Assembly (NCBI GenBank): GCA_053919585.1 | Contig: CM132825.1 | DNA length: 64,000 nucleotides | Source: Euprymna scolopes | Taxonomy: Eukaryota | Direction: 5' to 3' (one strand) | Shown: positions 26,362-40,599 of the stretch, piece by piece | How positions within the stretch are numbered: position 1 is the first letter of the stretch | Layout: the number at the start of each line of letters is the position of its first letter | The notes under the pieces: model-generated | Told to the model about the DNA's origin: nothing | Database searches by the model: none | Seen by the model: the letters and a program-made list of their open reading frames with translations, nothing else | Made by a program: the position numbers and the translations under genes

Positions 26362-27280
26362 CAGTGTTACAATTTAGCGGTTTTCATGCTAGATCTGGAG
26401 ATTTCGTTTGCTATCTAGCGGGGAATTCTAGAAAATCTGGAGATATTTGGCACCCACACACCCGCAATTTTAGATTAAAAAATAAAGAAAAGCGCTTGAA
26501 AATACTTTTAAACATAAAATAAACTCATTCATGTAAGTAAAAAAAAGTAGCATTTATTGCCTTTGGTAAAAATTATTTATTGATTATTTGTTTTGTTTTT
26601 CACCCTTTTTCGGCCAACCATTCTTTAATCTAGCTATAAAATCGATTTTTCCAAGTACATTTTAGGTGGGGGACATTCCAACCTCCGAGGTTTTGTTTAA
26701 AATACGATCTAAGCAACCCTGCTTTATTTAGAAGTATTTAGTCGAAAATTGTAAAAAGCAAGAAACAACAGCAAAAAAAAACTTATACCAATACAGTAGA
26801 ATTTAATTATCTATCAACCTAAATACTTTTAATATGCTAAAACAAAGTTTTTTGTTTTTTTATTTTTCTAATTTTAAAATATGTTGCACCATTATTGTGA
26901 TGTTTAATTTACAGTATATTTCAATTTAACTTTTATTATAAAAAAGTTTGAGTTTATAATTTGTTTCTTGCAAAAAAAAAAATACCCTCTCTGAAAAAAA
27001 CAGGCAAAACTAGCTGATAAAATACGTAAGCCTTCTGGGGAGCTAACCGCTTCAATATAATTCCAGAAACATATAGTGAAAAAACACGGAACATTTTATA
27101 TATTGAATATACTATATTTATAATTTTTTATGGTAGGAAGTTAAAATATGGTGCTTGGGGAGGGGGGAATTAGCGATTTTTGAAAATTTCAGACGATAAA
27201 AGTTAAAAATCTAGCGATTTTCTGGACATTTCTTTCTCCTGATCTCGCGGGTTTTTTTTAACTCTCAGTTGCCAACATTG
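26362..27280. mobile_element. Degenerate hAT-like non-autonomous element
   Basis: Starts CAGTGTTAC, ends GTTGCCAACATTG; subterminal TAGCG/CTGGAGA repeats; no TSD seen. Confidence 0.45.
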
Positions 27281-27450
27281 CATCACTAAAAACACTACAG
27301 GCTTAATGTAAACAGAATGTGTTTACAATATCGGTAAATTTTCAAAGGGTTTAATCGCATGATTATTGATAATGTAACCATGTGATTGAAATTTAATTTA
27401 AATTAACCACACGTGGCCGCTTTCCTATTAAATATTCATCGAAAAATGGT

Positions 27451-27860
27451 AGGTACACACAAAATGAATGCCGACGCTCAAAGTGTATACACATTTTGAC
27501 TCCTCCCTTTACTTAAAAATTCACCCAAAATCAGGAAATTAACGAATTTTAATGAAAATTTCAGTATTTATCAAATAATGATCGCAGAATATAATGAACT
27601 AATTATTTTTACTTAACTCTTAGTGAAAATGTTTTATTTTGTTTAAACAAAAATACCTTTACTAAAGTTATGGTTTTCAGTAGTAAATAAAAACGCAAGA
27701 ATTTATTTTTGCTTTTTTTATATGAATAAAGCATCGTAATTTGTAACAATAAAACATAATTTTTACAGTAACATTACGAAAAAGCCCCTAAAGTCCGTAT
27801 TAATGAATTCGATATAACTCGAAGAAAAATGAATTCTCGCATACTATTCAGGAAATTAAA
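27451..27860 (+). mobile_element. Second copy of the dispersed repeat at 13441-13858
   Basis: Inverted homology, e.g. gcatcgtaatttgtaacaataaaa. Confidence 0.75.
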
Positions 27861-27974
27861 GATTCAATTAGATTCCTATTTCAGTCACCTAAATTATTTA
27901 GGGTGAAATGAGTTTAGGAATTTATAGCCAAACCTAAATTTTCTTTTTTTTGCTTAAAAAAATAGCATTAATAC

Positions 27975-29570
27975 AGTAATTTATGTAAAATTTGCATAGA
28001 ATGCTCTGCTTTACTGTTGTTGTAAAAATGGAACAGAAATTTGAATTTCGTTCCCTTTTAAATTCGGTACATTTTTACATTACGTCCAACTCATCGTTCA
28101 CATTCGACACGTCAACTTTTATAGCTTTTCGGGTATTCTGGCAAGGTTAGGGGTGTCTATTCCGAAAGCTGTTCTTAACATGGGTAGATTGGTAGGTGTG
28201 TCAGAAATTTCGTGAAAAATAGTGAATAATTCCACCCCGTCTTTCCAAGCTTATAACTCCTCGAAAAATGTAACTCAAGCCCTATTTTTTCCCAATTAAA
28301 GGAGCAACGACCAAGGTTTCATTAAAAAAAAAAATAAAAAAACACAACATGTTTAAAAAAAAGGTTTTAACTTCGGACTTTACAGGTAAATTTCTAAAAA
28401 ACACTACTTTTTTTTTTAAATTTGAATATATTATTTATTGACCTTTTCTCTTCAATTTGTGATATATAATACTTTGGTGAATAAACTATTTACTTTTTAA
28501 TAGACATTTCAAAATGGGAGGCGTGAATTATTCTACCCGCTGTCTTTCCATAACTTGGCTTATAACTACTCGAAAAATGTAATTGAAGCCCTATTTCTTT
28601 TTTCAATTAAAGGAGCAAGGACCAAGGTTTCATAAAAAAAAGAAAAAACAAACAACGTTGTTTAAAAAAAAAAGGTCTGAAACTTCGAACTTTACAGGTA
28701 AATTTCTAAAAACAAACACTACTTTTTTTGTTTTAAATTTGAATATATTACTTATTGACCTTTTCTCTTCAATTTGTGATTTATAAAACTTTGGTGAGTA
28801 AATTAATTATTTACTTTTTACTAGACACTTGAAAATGGGGGGGCGTAAATTAAAAAAAAACGTTTGTCTAAAAAATTATATTCGGTTTATTGGAAAGAGC
28901 ATAAAATTTCACATTGACCCTGAAAATATCATAAAAACAGAATCAATAGAAAAATTTTGATAGATTTTTAAAGTTTAAAAATTGAAAAATACTGAACTCG
29001 TAAAATTCAATTGAGTTCTTAAAATTCATTACAAATATTTCTATTACTTTTAAAACAACTTTAATGCTTTATTTTGGAAGTATAATCCATAAAGAAAATA
29101 AACAACCCACTTTTAATTTTTTACGAGATTTTTATATTTTATTCACAGTTTCGCGATAGGGGTGTAAAAGATTCCTACAAAAATTCTGATACATCTACTA
29201 GATTGGAGTGTTTATTCGTTGTAAACGTACCCTACAACCTATAAATGTCGACATTTCCAATGTGAATGGTAAGCTGGACTTATGTAAAAAAAATAACAAA
29301 CAGATATATCAAACTGACTTTTTCGTTTAAAAATGGAATTATTTCCCTTTCGTTATTAACTTCTTTTTTTCCTTTTTTTTAAATAAATATTTTGTGTTTC
29401 ATATACATAAAGTACTATTGTTGAATGTTACTGTTTTGATTATATTCGTTTGGGGGGCACAATAAAAAAATTAAGAAAGATTAAAACGAAGTGAAATTTA
29501 AGTTTCCGTTCCATTTTTGCAACAACCGTAAAACAGCGCATACTCAGCAAGTTTATCGTAATTTATAAGC
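27975..29570. mobile_element. Long-TIR foldback element with internal ~300-bp tandem duplication
   Basis: Arms 27975-28220 vs 29170-29570 are diverged reverse complements (gttgttgtaaaaatggaac / gttccatttttgcaacaac); 28225-28520 is duplicated at 28521-28850. Confidence 0.65.
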
Positions 29571-30072
29571 ATAATATTGAAACACTAAATCAACATTTTA
29601 TTTATTTTTTGCATAATCAATGATGGAAGCATTTTTCTGTTTATTTTCTTAACATCTGTTAAAAAAATAATTTGTACATTCTCTTGAAAAAAGAATCAAA
29701 CTTTTCTCTACTTTCACATGTGTTCCATTTTAACAAACTGAGCCACAGCAACGCGNNNNNNNNNNNNNNNNNNNNNNNNNNNNNNNNNNNNNNNNNNNNN
29801 NNNNNNNNNNNNNNNNNNNNNNNNNNNNNNNNNNNNNNNNNNNNNNNNNNNNNNNNNNNNNNNNNNNNNNNNNNNNNNNNNNNNNNNNNNNNNNNNNNNN
29901 NNNNNNNNNNNNNNNNNNNNNNNNNNNNNNNNNNNNNNNNNNNNNNNNNNNNNNNNNNNNNNGCAAAATGTATATTTATTTATCATTCATAATATTTTAT
30001 TATATCTCATTGGTGGATAACAGTTGGTGAAAATAAATAAAAATACTTTAAAATCATAAGATTCATAAAAAC

Positions 30073-30310
30073 TTACTTATAAAAAAATATATTGGAACCC
30101 TTCTGGAGAAAAATAAAGCAGTGCGAAGTTAAAGCCCACGAGGAATAGCAACATTTAGAGGGCCATATCTTATGCGCCATGTTTCTAGCACGGTAGAGGA
30201 AGCTTACATTTTTTGCAGTAGTCTTGGCAATATCCTTAATGTATTTGTTCCAATTCATATTGTCTGTGAATGTTAAGTCGAGGAGCTTGATGTATAGTCT
30301 CTAATTATCT
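30073..30310 (-). mobile_element. Old CR1-type fragment (post-RT region)
   Basis: KLLDLTFTDNMNWNKYIKDIAKTTAKNVSFLYRAR matches KLLGLTFTGNMSWNNYIEGIARAAARKVGSLYRAR of the young copies. Confidence 0.85.
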
Positions 30311-31019
30311 CATATTCTTTTATTTATTACTTGGAGTTGTGGCGAGAAGACGAGTTCTGGCTGTGAATGTCTTGCAGAAAAGGAAAACAAAATTGAAGCT
30401 TGGTATAGAACCTCATCAAACTTTTGTCCTTATGACTTTATTATTCAACCGTTACTTTCATTTCGTCGCCAGCTATGCTAGCTGTCTTAGATTTAATAAT
30501 CACATGGACTTTGTTGTGTTTTGTCATGCACATAATCTGCCTGCTCCTTCCAGTTGATAGAAAATTATCATGCGCGAAAACCGTTTCGAGAGAACATTGT
30601 CGTCATTAACAATTCCTCTCGGCATGAGAGATTGGAGAGACTTTGCGGCACCCAACTCTTTAAAAAGACACCCAAGTAAAGGATTGATTAAATGATTATA
30701 AATAGGTGAAAAAACAACATGAAAATTCATTATAAAAACAAGAAACAGACAATAAAGAAATGCAAAGGGAAATATAAATTTAAAATATTAAAAATAGACA
30801 TATCACATATTTTATAGTACGGGCAATTCTTAAAACGCGAAGTTCTACAGACCAAGTTAAAAATATTACAATCTTTGTGTAGTTAACGATTTATCTGTTA
30901 TGACTGTCTCAATGAAATAATTTGGAAATTATACTTTCCTATTAACATAAAAGAATACTTAAATATGATACATTTCGGATGAGTTCAAGAAAATTGAAAC
31001 TAATTGAAAACAAGATGTA

Positions 31020-31790
31020 CGATACAGTAAACAATGGAACCAGAAGCAAAAAGGCAAGAAAAGTGGGAAGAGAAAAAGCTACATGGAAGATTAATAAGAA
31101 TGACAAGAGAAGATAATCACGAAAACCTATGGACATGGCTAGGAAAAGGACACATGAACAGGAAACAGAATATTTACTGACAGCTGAATAGAACAACGCG
31201 ATTAGAACTAACTACATCAAAGCTAAAATAGTTAAATACAGAAAAAAACAGATGCTGTGGGCAAAGTAACGAAACGATAAATCAGATAATAGATGAATGT
31301 AAGGACAGACACGACAGCTTGGGGAAGGCAATGCACTGTGAGTTCTGCAAACGGGTGTATTACGAACATGCACACAAACGGTACAAATACAAACCGAATA
31401 CAGTACTGGAAAACGAAAACCAAAAAATTATTTGGGGCATAGGTGTACAAACATATAAATTAATCCAAGAAAGAAGGCCGGACGTCATAATAATTAACAA
31501 GAAGGAAAGAAACTCCAAAATTGTAGATTTTGTCGTCTAGCAGACATAAAAAATATATTTCACCACATAGAACCAAGAAAAAGAAACTGCAAAATTGTAA
31601 GTTAAATATACCCCCCCCCAATAAATATGTAGCTTCGGCATAGACTGGTGTCATACTAAATAAGCGTCAAGGATCAAGGAGAATTAAAAGACCGAGGATA
31701 GAAAACATTAACGAAATCTCCACTGGAGTATTGCAAAGATGACTGGGCCCTTAGGGGAGGCTTATTGCTACCCAACTTCCAGTGAAGGCC
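31020..31790 (+). mobile_element. R4/Dong-type (RLE) non-LTR retrotransposon 3' remnant
   Basis: WTWL...ETE.LL.A..NAIRTNYIKAKI, decayed Cys knuckle, RHD, then KP..VLENE..KIIW...RRPDVIIINKK...IVDF (restriction-like endonuclease). Confidence 0.8.
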
Positions 31791-31867
31791 AGTGGTCATT
31801 GGCATACAAAATACAATGGCAAGTGGCTGTTGCAATAGCACAAATTCATTTGCAAAGATTATCGAAC

Positions 31868-32100
31868 TGTTACATACGGCATCTAAACACTTAACATAAA
31901 AAGTATATACAGTCTAGCGGATATGACAAAATGTATATGCGCGTCTCGACATTTGTTATTCAGAATTTATATAGTCTTTTTTTTAAGTATACGTATATCA
32001 TGCACACTGTGTATCTTTGTTGTGTATATACTCGGCTTTAACACTGTATATATAATCTTATTTGCGCTATATGTAAAGTGTTGAGATGCCGTATGTAACA
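31868..32100. mobile_element. MITE with TGT...ACA termini (Ginger-like)
   Basis: TGTTACATACGGCATCTaaacactt / aagtgttgAGATGCCGTATGTAACA; no clear TSD. Confidence 0.65.
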
Positions 32101-32340
32101 TAATAGTATTTATCTGCGTTCAGCTATTAAAACTGCATCTAAACTACGTATACGACCTTCTCCCATCGCAGAATGCGAATTTACTGTAGAATGAAGTGGA
32201 GAGTACCGAAAATCTTGGAAGGCTTGTTATCACCTAGATACCTGGGAACAACGCCGGCTATTGCCAATGATTAAGTTCCGATGATGGTCTGCCTGAAAGC
32301 TCATAGTGTATCCTACTACTACTACTACTACTACTACTAC

Positions 32341-32375
<35 letters not shown>

Positions 32376-33869
32376 TTACATGAGAAGAGGACAGACCCCA
32401 GTAAGTAAAAGAGCAAACTAGGTACGTTTGAAAATGATATTTGGAAAAGGTTAGAATCGAACCCTGTAAGAAAAGTTAAAAAAGGACACATATAAAAATC
32501 CTAGGAATGTAGAACGATTGTCTTTATTCTTGGAAATAACTAAATATTATTTATGTTAGAGTTAGATATGGACAATGCAGTTTGTAATTAATTATGAAAT
32601 AAATAGGCTATAAATAAAACAATTTATTTAGGAATTTCTTCTTTTTTTTTGCCAAGAGCGTGTTTGGACATACATAGGTGAAATCCATGTGAATGAATTT
32701 CACGTGTCGAAGCACGCTTATGACGTCGTAAAGAAGGGAATTCCCAATATATTGAGATGGGTTCGAGTCAGTCAGAGACGGAGTCGGAAAGCGACTTAAT
32801 GAGAATCAAGGCAGAGTCGACGAAATTTAAGTCGAGTTAGCTGAAACCCGCCTAAAATGAAGAGGAGGAAGACACAACAATATAATCGTAAAAGCTTGAA
32901 TTCCTGATTTATCAATCAATCAGCTGGTAGAATAAAGAATAAATGGCTCATAATTTATATTTGTAAACTGTTTGTTTTCGTGTCGTCATTACAACTGAAA
33001 GGTAAACGGGTTTTTGTCTATCATCTGTGAATAATCATCTTGTATAACTCCCTTCTAAGTTTATGTGCCCCTCCACCATCATCATAAGTGAGGTATCTTC
33101 CCTCTAATGAGTTAAAAATCTGTATTCCACATCTCTCGTCTCACATTCATATGTAGCCTGTTAATAATAATACGAACTAAATAGAACCGTCACCATACAA
33201 ACGACGCTTCGTTCTGAGTCTCATTCACTTGTTATGAATGCACCCTCGTCATCTGTAAGCGATATATACGTCCCCGTTATACTCTCTGATATGTTGTCCT
33301 AATATGNNNNNNNNNNNNNNNNNNNNNNNNNNNNNNNNNNNNNNNNNNNNNNNNNNNNNNNNNNNNNNNNNNNNNNNNNNNNNNNNNNNNNNNNNNNNNN
33401 NNNNNNNNNNNNNNNNNNNNNNNNNNNNNNNNNNNNNNNNATACAGGTCATCAAAGATCTCTCCTTGAAACCGGCCTGTGGTGTTCCCTGGAGTGACAAC
33501 ACCTCTTACGATAGTATTTACAAATAAATTTGCATTATCGCAACAGCTGCTTGCCGTTGATTTCTCGTTGGCAAGCGGATATCAGTCTTTGAGTGGCAAT
33601 AAGCCAATAAGCCTTCCCAACGTCCCCGTTCTCTTTGTACTTATCCAGTGGAGATCTGGTCAGTGCTCTCTCCTTGGTCTTTCCTTCCTCTTTGACTCTA
33701 CTGTGGTCTCTTTTTTTTGGGGGGGGGGAAGTGACGTGATAATGTGGTGGAGATGGGGATGGAGTTAGAGAACTTCTAGATATGCAGCTTCAATGTTCTT
33801 GGTTTCATGTAGCGTTTCATGTTTTGTCTCTGCAGTAGCTCGTCTGGTCTGCGCTTGTTGTTCGTGTGT

Positions 33870-33992
33870 GTTAGTTTCCACATTCGAGAGAGTTCCTTAA
33901 TATTTCAGCTGTTTTCATTATTGTTGTTCCTTGTATTTTTTCATTCATTCCTTTGATTCCAATTTCCCCCATTCTTTTTTCAAAGTTTTTGG
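33870..33992 (-). mobile_element. C-terminal tip of an R4/Dong-type ORF
   Basis: PKNFEKRMGEIGIKGMNEKIQGTTIMKTAEILRNSLECGN* resembles the IQK..L..TA.ILR end of RLE elements; abuts N gap. Confidence 0.6.
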
Positions 33993-34674
33993 NNNNNNNN
34001 NNNNNNNNNNNNNNNNNNNNNNNNNNNNNNNNNNNNNNNNNNNNNNNNNNNNNNNNNNNNNNNNNNNNNNNNNNNNNNNNNNNNNNNNNNNNNNNNNNNN
34101 NNNNNNNNNNNNNNNNNNNNNNNNNNNNNNNNNNNNNNNNNNNNNNNNNNNNNNNNNNNNNNNNNNNNNNNNNNNNNNNNNNNNNNNNNNNNNNNNNNNN
34201 NNNNNNNNNNNNNNNNNNNNNNNNNNNNNNNNNNNNNNNNNNNNNNNNNNNNNNNNNNNNNNNNNNNNNNNNNNNNNNAATAGTTTAGTGAATATATGCT
34301 TTTGCATAAATAGCTTTTAATATGACCGGAGAGTAGCAAGTAATATATTTTTATACTTTATTACAGTTTCAGGAGAGACAAACAGGTATTAACTGATTTT
34401 TTATAAGTTAAAATTTATATTTTATGTTTTCTTTGTAGAACTTTACTCACGTATTTCTTCTTTAAGTATTAGTTAACTTTTGTGCGTGTTGTAAATTTCT
34501 CCTCGATTAGTTGTTTCAGTACAATTAAGGATAGTTTAAAATTAACTACCGAGGCCTGGATCGGACTAAATAAACTATACTTAGCCATGGATTTTTAACG
34601 GTTTATTTCACGATTAATTGAAGGGTTTAATTTTTTTTCATAATCGATATATATATATATATGTTGCCTACATA

Positions 34675-34752
34675 ACCCCAGAAGTTAAGCAACGATGAGG
34701 CTGGCCAGTAACAGATAGGTGACCATTTTGGGAATGCTAGACTTCGTATGTG
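34675..34752 (+). pseudogene. 5S rRNA-derived fragment (pseudogene or SINE3 head)
   Basis: GAAGTTAAGCAACG...GCTGG.CAGTA..AGATAGGTGACC...GGGAAT matches the 5S internal control region (A box, IE, C box). Confidence 0.7.
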
Positions 34753-35424
34753 TTGAAAACAACTTCTGCAGCTAGTATCACGCTTGGTCTACCGTATTGA
34801 ATAAGAAGAAATTACTGAAAGAAATTATCGTATTTTTAGCAAAATGCGCAGTTATTTATCGATTTTCCTTCTTTTTTTTGGTATCGATTCTTTAAAACAT
34901 TTCCTATTTAATGGTATATTTGTAATATTGGGTTCTCTAAAAGAAAAATAGTAATTTATTTTTCACACATTTAAAAGTAGTGTTTTTCGTAAAAACAGTG
35001 ACAATATGTCATTTTTTCTGCTAATCTAAAAGAATAATAATTATTAACATATTCGACGAATTTCACACTTAAAAATATAAAAGATGAAAATAAAACGCAT
35101 TCAAAATTCGGATTTTCCACCTTAAATCTGCTACGTGCGCAGTTGTTTGTGAGTTTGTTTGTTTGTTTTATTTACAACCCACCCACCCCCCAAAATACAA
35201 TATATTTTGCTCAGTTTCGGCTAATTATTTTAAGCATTTTGTTATCAACAAATAAAGAAGAGGCGTAGTAGGCAAAACATATATAAATATCGATTATGAA
35301 CAAAAGTACACCATTATAAAGTTCATTCTTCACTTAATAATCGGCGAAAATTTCGTATTGATTGGATAAATACTTTATTTTTGGTAAATTTAAAAAAAAA
35401 TCCATCCTTCCATTTTGACTGTGC

Positions 35425-35464
<40 letters not shown>

Positions 35465-35465
<1 letters not shown>

Positions 35466-35680
35466 TTGTAGTCATCAACATACAGTCCTGTTTCGCTGTA
35501 TCACAACTCATCAGTGCCGCTAGACTAGCGCCTCTCCCAAGCCAATGATCGAACCTAGAACCGTCGCGTTGACAGTCGGCAGTTCTACCCCTCAACCACG
35601 GAAACGATGCCCGCAACTAATCTGTCCGAATGTCTGTTTAAATAAACATCCGTCCGCTACTTGTAAAGTGCTCAAACGCA
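35465..35680 (-). mobile_element. tRNA-headed, HHR-tailed small retroelement, copy 2
   Basis: TGAGCACT leader, tRNA-like head with CTGTCA loop and GGTTCGATC B box, HHR at 35476-35519, then (TA)n. Confidence 0.8.
35476..35519 (-). ncRNA. Type-I hammerhead ribozyme motif, core intact
   Basis: cggca-CTGATGA-GTTGT(gat)ACAGC-GAA-ACAG(ga)CTGT-A-tgttg; GUA triplet. Confidence 0.8.
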
Positions 35681-35770
35681 TTTTTCAGCCAAATTAAGTA
35701 GCGAATGAGATTATTTACGACAGTGCTCAACCCAAAGAGGGGGGGTCTTTTTAAAATATATAATTTAATT

Positions 35771-35838
<68 letters not shown>

Positions 35839-35926
35839 TGTCTTTTCAGATTTTCAAAGTCATGCCAAAATAGCATTTAAGCTAATAAATAAGACTTCGT
35901 TTCTGATTATCTAATTCTTTTTTACG

Positions 35927-38900
35927 TTACTATATAGTGTGATAATTATTATATAGTGTGATTATTATTATATAGTGTGATTATTACTATATAGTGTGAT
36001 TATTACTATATAGTGTGATTATTATTATATAGTGTGATTATTATTATATAGTGTGATTATTACTATATAGTGTGATTATTACTATATAGTGTGATTATTA
36101 TTATATAGTGTGATTATTATTATATAGTGTGATTATTATTATATAGTGTGATTATTACTATATAGTGTGATTATTACTATATAGTGTGATTATTACTATA
36201 TAGTGTGATTATTATTATATAGTGTGATTATTACTATATAGTGTGATTATTACTATATAGTGTGATTATTACTATATAGTGTGATTATTACTATATAGTG
36301 TGATTATTATTATATAGTGTGATTATTACTATATAGTGTGATTATTACTATATAGTGTGATTATTACTATATAGTGTGATTATTACTATATAGTGTGATT
36401 ATTATTATATAGTGTGATTATTACTATATAGTGTGATTATTATTATATAGTGTGATTATTATTATATAGTGTGATTATTACTATATAGTGTGATTATTAT
36501 TATATAGTGTGATTATTACTATATAGTGTGATTATTATTATATAGTGTGATTATTACTATATAGTGTGATTATTACTATATAGTGTGATTATTATTATAT
36601 AGTGTGATTATTACTATATAGTGTGATTATTATTATATAGTGTGATTATTACTATATAGTGTGATTATTACTATATAGTGTGATTATTACTATATAGTGT
36701 GATTATTATTATATAGTGTGATTATTATTATATAGTGTGATTATTACTATATCGTGTGATTATTATTATATAGTGTGATTATTACTATATAGTGTGATTA
36801 TTATTATATAGTGTGATTATTACTATATAGTGTGATTATTACTATATAGTGTGATTATTACTATATAGTGTGATTATTACTATATAGTGTGATTATTATT
36901 ATATAGTGTGATTATTACTATATAGTGTGATTATTACTATATAGTGTGATTATTATTATATAGTGTGATTATTACTATATAGTGTGATTATTACTATATA
37001 GTGTGATTATTATTATATAGTGTGATTATTACTATATAGTGTTATTATTATTATATAGTGTGATTATTACTATATAGTGTGATTATTATTATATAGTGTG
37101 ATTATTACTATATAGTGTGATTATTACTATATAGTGTGATTATTACTATATAGTGTGATTATTATTATATAGTGTGATTATTATTATATAGTGTGATTAT
37201 TATTATATAGTGTGATTATTACTATATAGTGTGATTATTACTATATAGTGTGATTATTATTATATAGTGTGATTATTACTATATAGTGTGATTATTATTA
37301 TATAGTGTGATTATTATTATATAGTGTGATTATTACTATATAGTGTGATTATTACTATATAGTGTGATTATTACTATATAGTGTGATTATTACTATATAG
37401 TGTGATTATTATTATAGAGTGTGATTATTACTATATAGTGTGATTATTACTATATAGTGTGATTATTATTATATAGTGTGATTATTATTATATAGTGTGA
37501 TTATTACTATATAGTGTGATTATTACTATATAGTGTGATTATTACTATATAGTGTGATTATTACTATATAGTGTGATTATTACTATATAGTGTGATTATT
37601 ATTATATAGTGTGATTATTATTATATAGTGTGATTATTATTATATAGTGTGATTATTACTATATAGTGTGATTATTATAATATAGTGTGATTATTATTAT
37701 ATAGTGTGATTATTATTATATAGTGTGATTATTACTATATAGTGTGATTATTATTATATAGTGTGATTATTACTATATAGTGTGATTATTACTATATAGT
37801 GTGATTATTACTATATAGTGTGATTATTATTATATAGTGTGATTATTATTATATAGTGTGATTATTACTATATAGTGTGATTATTACTATATAATGTGAT
37901 TATTATTATATAGTGTGATTATTATTATATAGTGTGATTATTATTATATAGTGTGATTATTACTATATAGTGTGATTATTATTATATAGTGTGATTATTA
38001 CTATATAGTGTGATTATTACTATATAGTGTGATTATTATTATATAGTGTGATTATTATTATATAGTGTGATTATTATTATATAGTGTGATTATTATTATA
38101 TAGTGTGATTATTATTATATAGTGTGATTATTACCATATAGTGTGATTATTATTATATAGTGTGATTATTATTATATAGTGTGATTATTATTATATAGTG
38201 TGATTATTATTATATAGTGTGATTATTACTATATAGTGTGATTATTATTATATAGTGTGATTATTATTATATAGTGTGATTATTATTATATAGTGTGATT
38301 ATTATTATATAGTGTGATTATTACTATATAGTGTGATTATTACTATATAGTGTGATTATTATTATATAGTGTGATTATTATTATATAGTGTGATTATTAT
38401 TATATAGTGTGATTATTACTATATAGTGTGATTATTATTATATAGTGTGATTATTATTATATAGTGTGATTATTATTATATAGTGTGATTATTATTATAT
38501 AGTGTGATTATTACTATATAGTGTGATTATTATTATATAGTGTGATTATTATTATATAGTGTGATTATTATTATATAGTGTGATTATTATTATATAGTGT
38601 GATTATTATTATATAGTGTGATTATTATTATATAGTGTGATTATTACTATATAGTGTGATTATTACTATATAGTGTGATTATTACTATATAGTGTGATTA
38701 TTATTATATAGTGTGATTATTATTATATAGTGTGATTATTACTATATAGTGTGATTATTACTATATAGTGTGATTATTATTATATAGTGTGATTATTATT
38801 ATATAGTGTGATTATTACTATATAGTGTGATTATTATTATATAGTGTGATTATTATTATATAGTGTGATTATTACTATATAGTGTGATTATTATTATATA

Positions 38901-39346
38901 GTGTGATTATTATTATATAGTGTGATTATTATTATATAGTGTGATTATTATTATATAGTGTGATTATTACTATATAGTGTGATTATTACTATATAGTGTG
39001 ATTATTATTATATAGTGTGATTATTACTATATAGTGTGATTATTATTATATAGTGTGATTATTACTATATAGTGTGATTATTATTATATAGTGTGATTAT
39101 TATTATATAGTGTGATTATTATTATATAGTGTGATTATTACTATATAGTGTGATTATTATTATATAGTGTGATTATTATTATATAGTGTGATTATTATTA
39201 TATAGTGTGATTATTATTATATAGTGTGATTATTATTATATAGTGTGATTATTACTATATAGTGTGATTATTACTATATAGTGTGATTATTATTATATAG
39301 TGTGATTATTATTATATAGTGTGATTATTATTATATAGTGTGATTA
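35927..39346. repeat. 19-bp minisatellite, ~180 copies, two variants
   Basis: TATATAGTGTGATTATTA(C/T) repeated with very few other substitutions. Confidence 0.98.
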
Positions 39347-40415
39347 GCAATACAAGAATGAATCTAGCTACAGCTAGTAAGCCTGGATTAAACGTCTGTG
39401 ATTACGAAACATTTTAAATAATCATCAAAGTAGAGTATTTTTCTTAAATAGCGATATCAACTATTTACCAATTCCTAATGAGTTCCGATTTTTCTTTGGC
39501 AGCAAACAGTGTTAATTAGTTTTAAGATTCTGCCAAATTACGTCTTTTACATAAAACCTCGCTAGCATTACGTTGTGTTATTAATCAATTCTGATTCTTA
39601 CCATCATTTTACCCTATACATTAATTTCTGTATTTTGTCGTTTCTTATCCTCTCCCTGTTTTTCATCCCCTTTTATTTATTATCGCTTTATTTCTACTTC
39701 TTCTCTTCCCTTTTGTTTGTGCCCCTTTCTTTCGTTTGGTTTTCTTCTCGCTACATTTCGCGCTTCTTTCGCTCTTTCTTCTTTTGTTACCTTTCTTTCT
39801 TTCTACTAATAGCCCTTGCTTTCCATAATTTCCTTCGAACCTGCCTCCCATTATTGAAAACGCCTATTACAGAACACCATCTCACAACAACACGTAGCCT
39901 GCGACCCGAGTCCATTTACGTGCATACCCTCGAATAAACACCCGCCCTCTTCGACTGATTCATACCCAACTTTACCGATACATGATTCATGAAACCATAC
40001 ACACACTCAGGCAATCAATACCTGATACAGATGCTTTCATCTCAATACATATTCAAATTCTTACTGAGCAACACTTATCCATGTAATCAGATACTGGTCA
40101 TCTGGGATACAACCGTTTATATCATGTCTTTGACAAGTTTGGCCATAGATCAGTTTTAATTGTGCTTTCAGTCGGATTTTATCGCACTATTTACTTTCGC
40201 GTGGGAATATTGTTGGTTTCGGGTTACATATGTGCGGAATGACGTTAAAATGTGCCAAGTCCTCTACAGAGCAAATACAATGAACGCTTTTATTGGAGTG
40301 CTCATGTTTTTCTCAGAATATCAATAGCACTTGATGACAGGAGTCAAGAGTGGTTATTCTGAAAGAAAATATATGGTTCTCGTTAGCGCACCAAAAATAA
40401 AATATATATATAAAC

Positions 40416-40451
<36 letters not shown>

Positions 40452-40599
40452 GAGGAGGAGGAGGAGGGTGAGGAAGAAGAGGAGGAGGAAGATGGAAAGA
40501 CCGAGGAGAGAAATATCTCCTCTGGATGAGTGCAAAAAGGACTGGGACCGTCGGGGAAGTTTATTGCCACCCAAATTCCAGTGAATATCAATGATCGCC

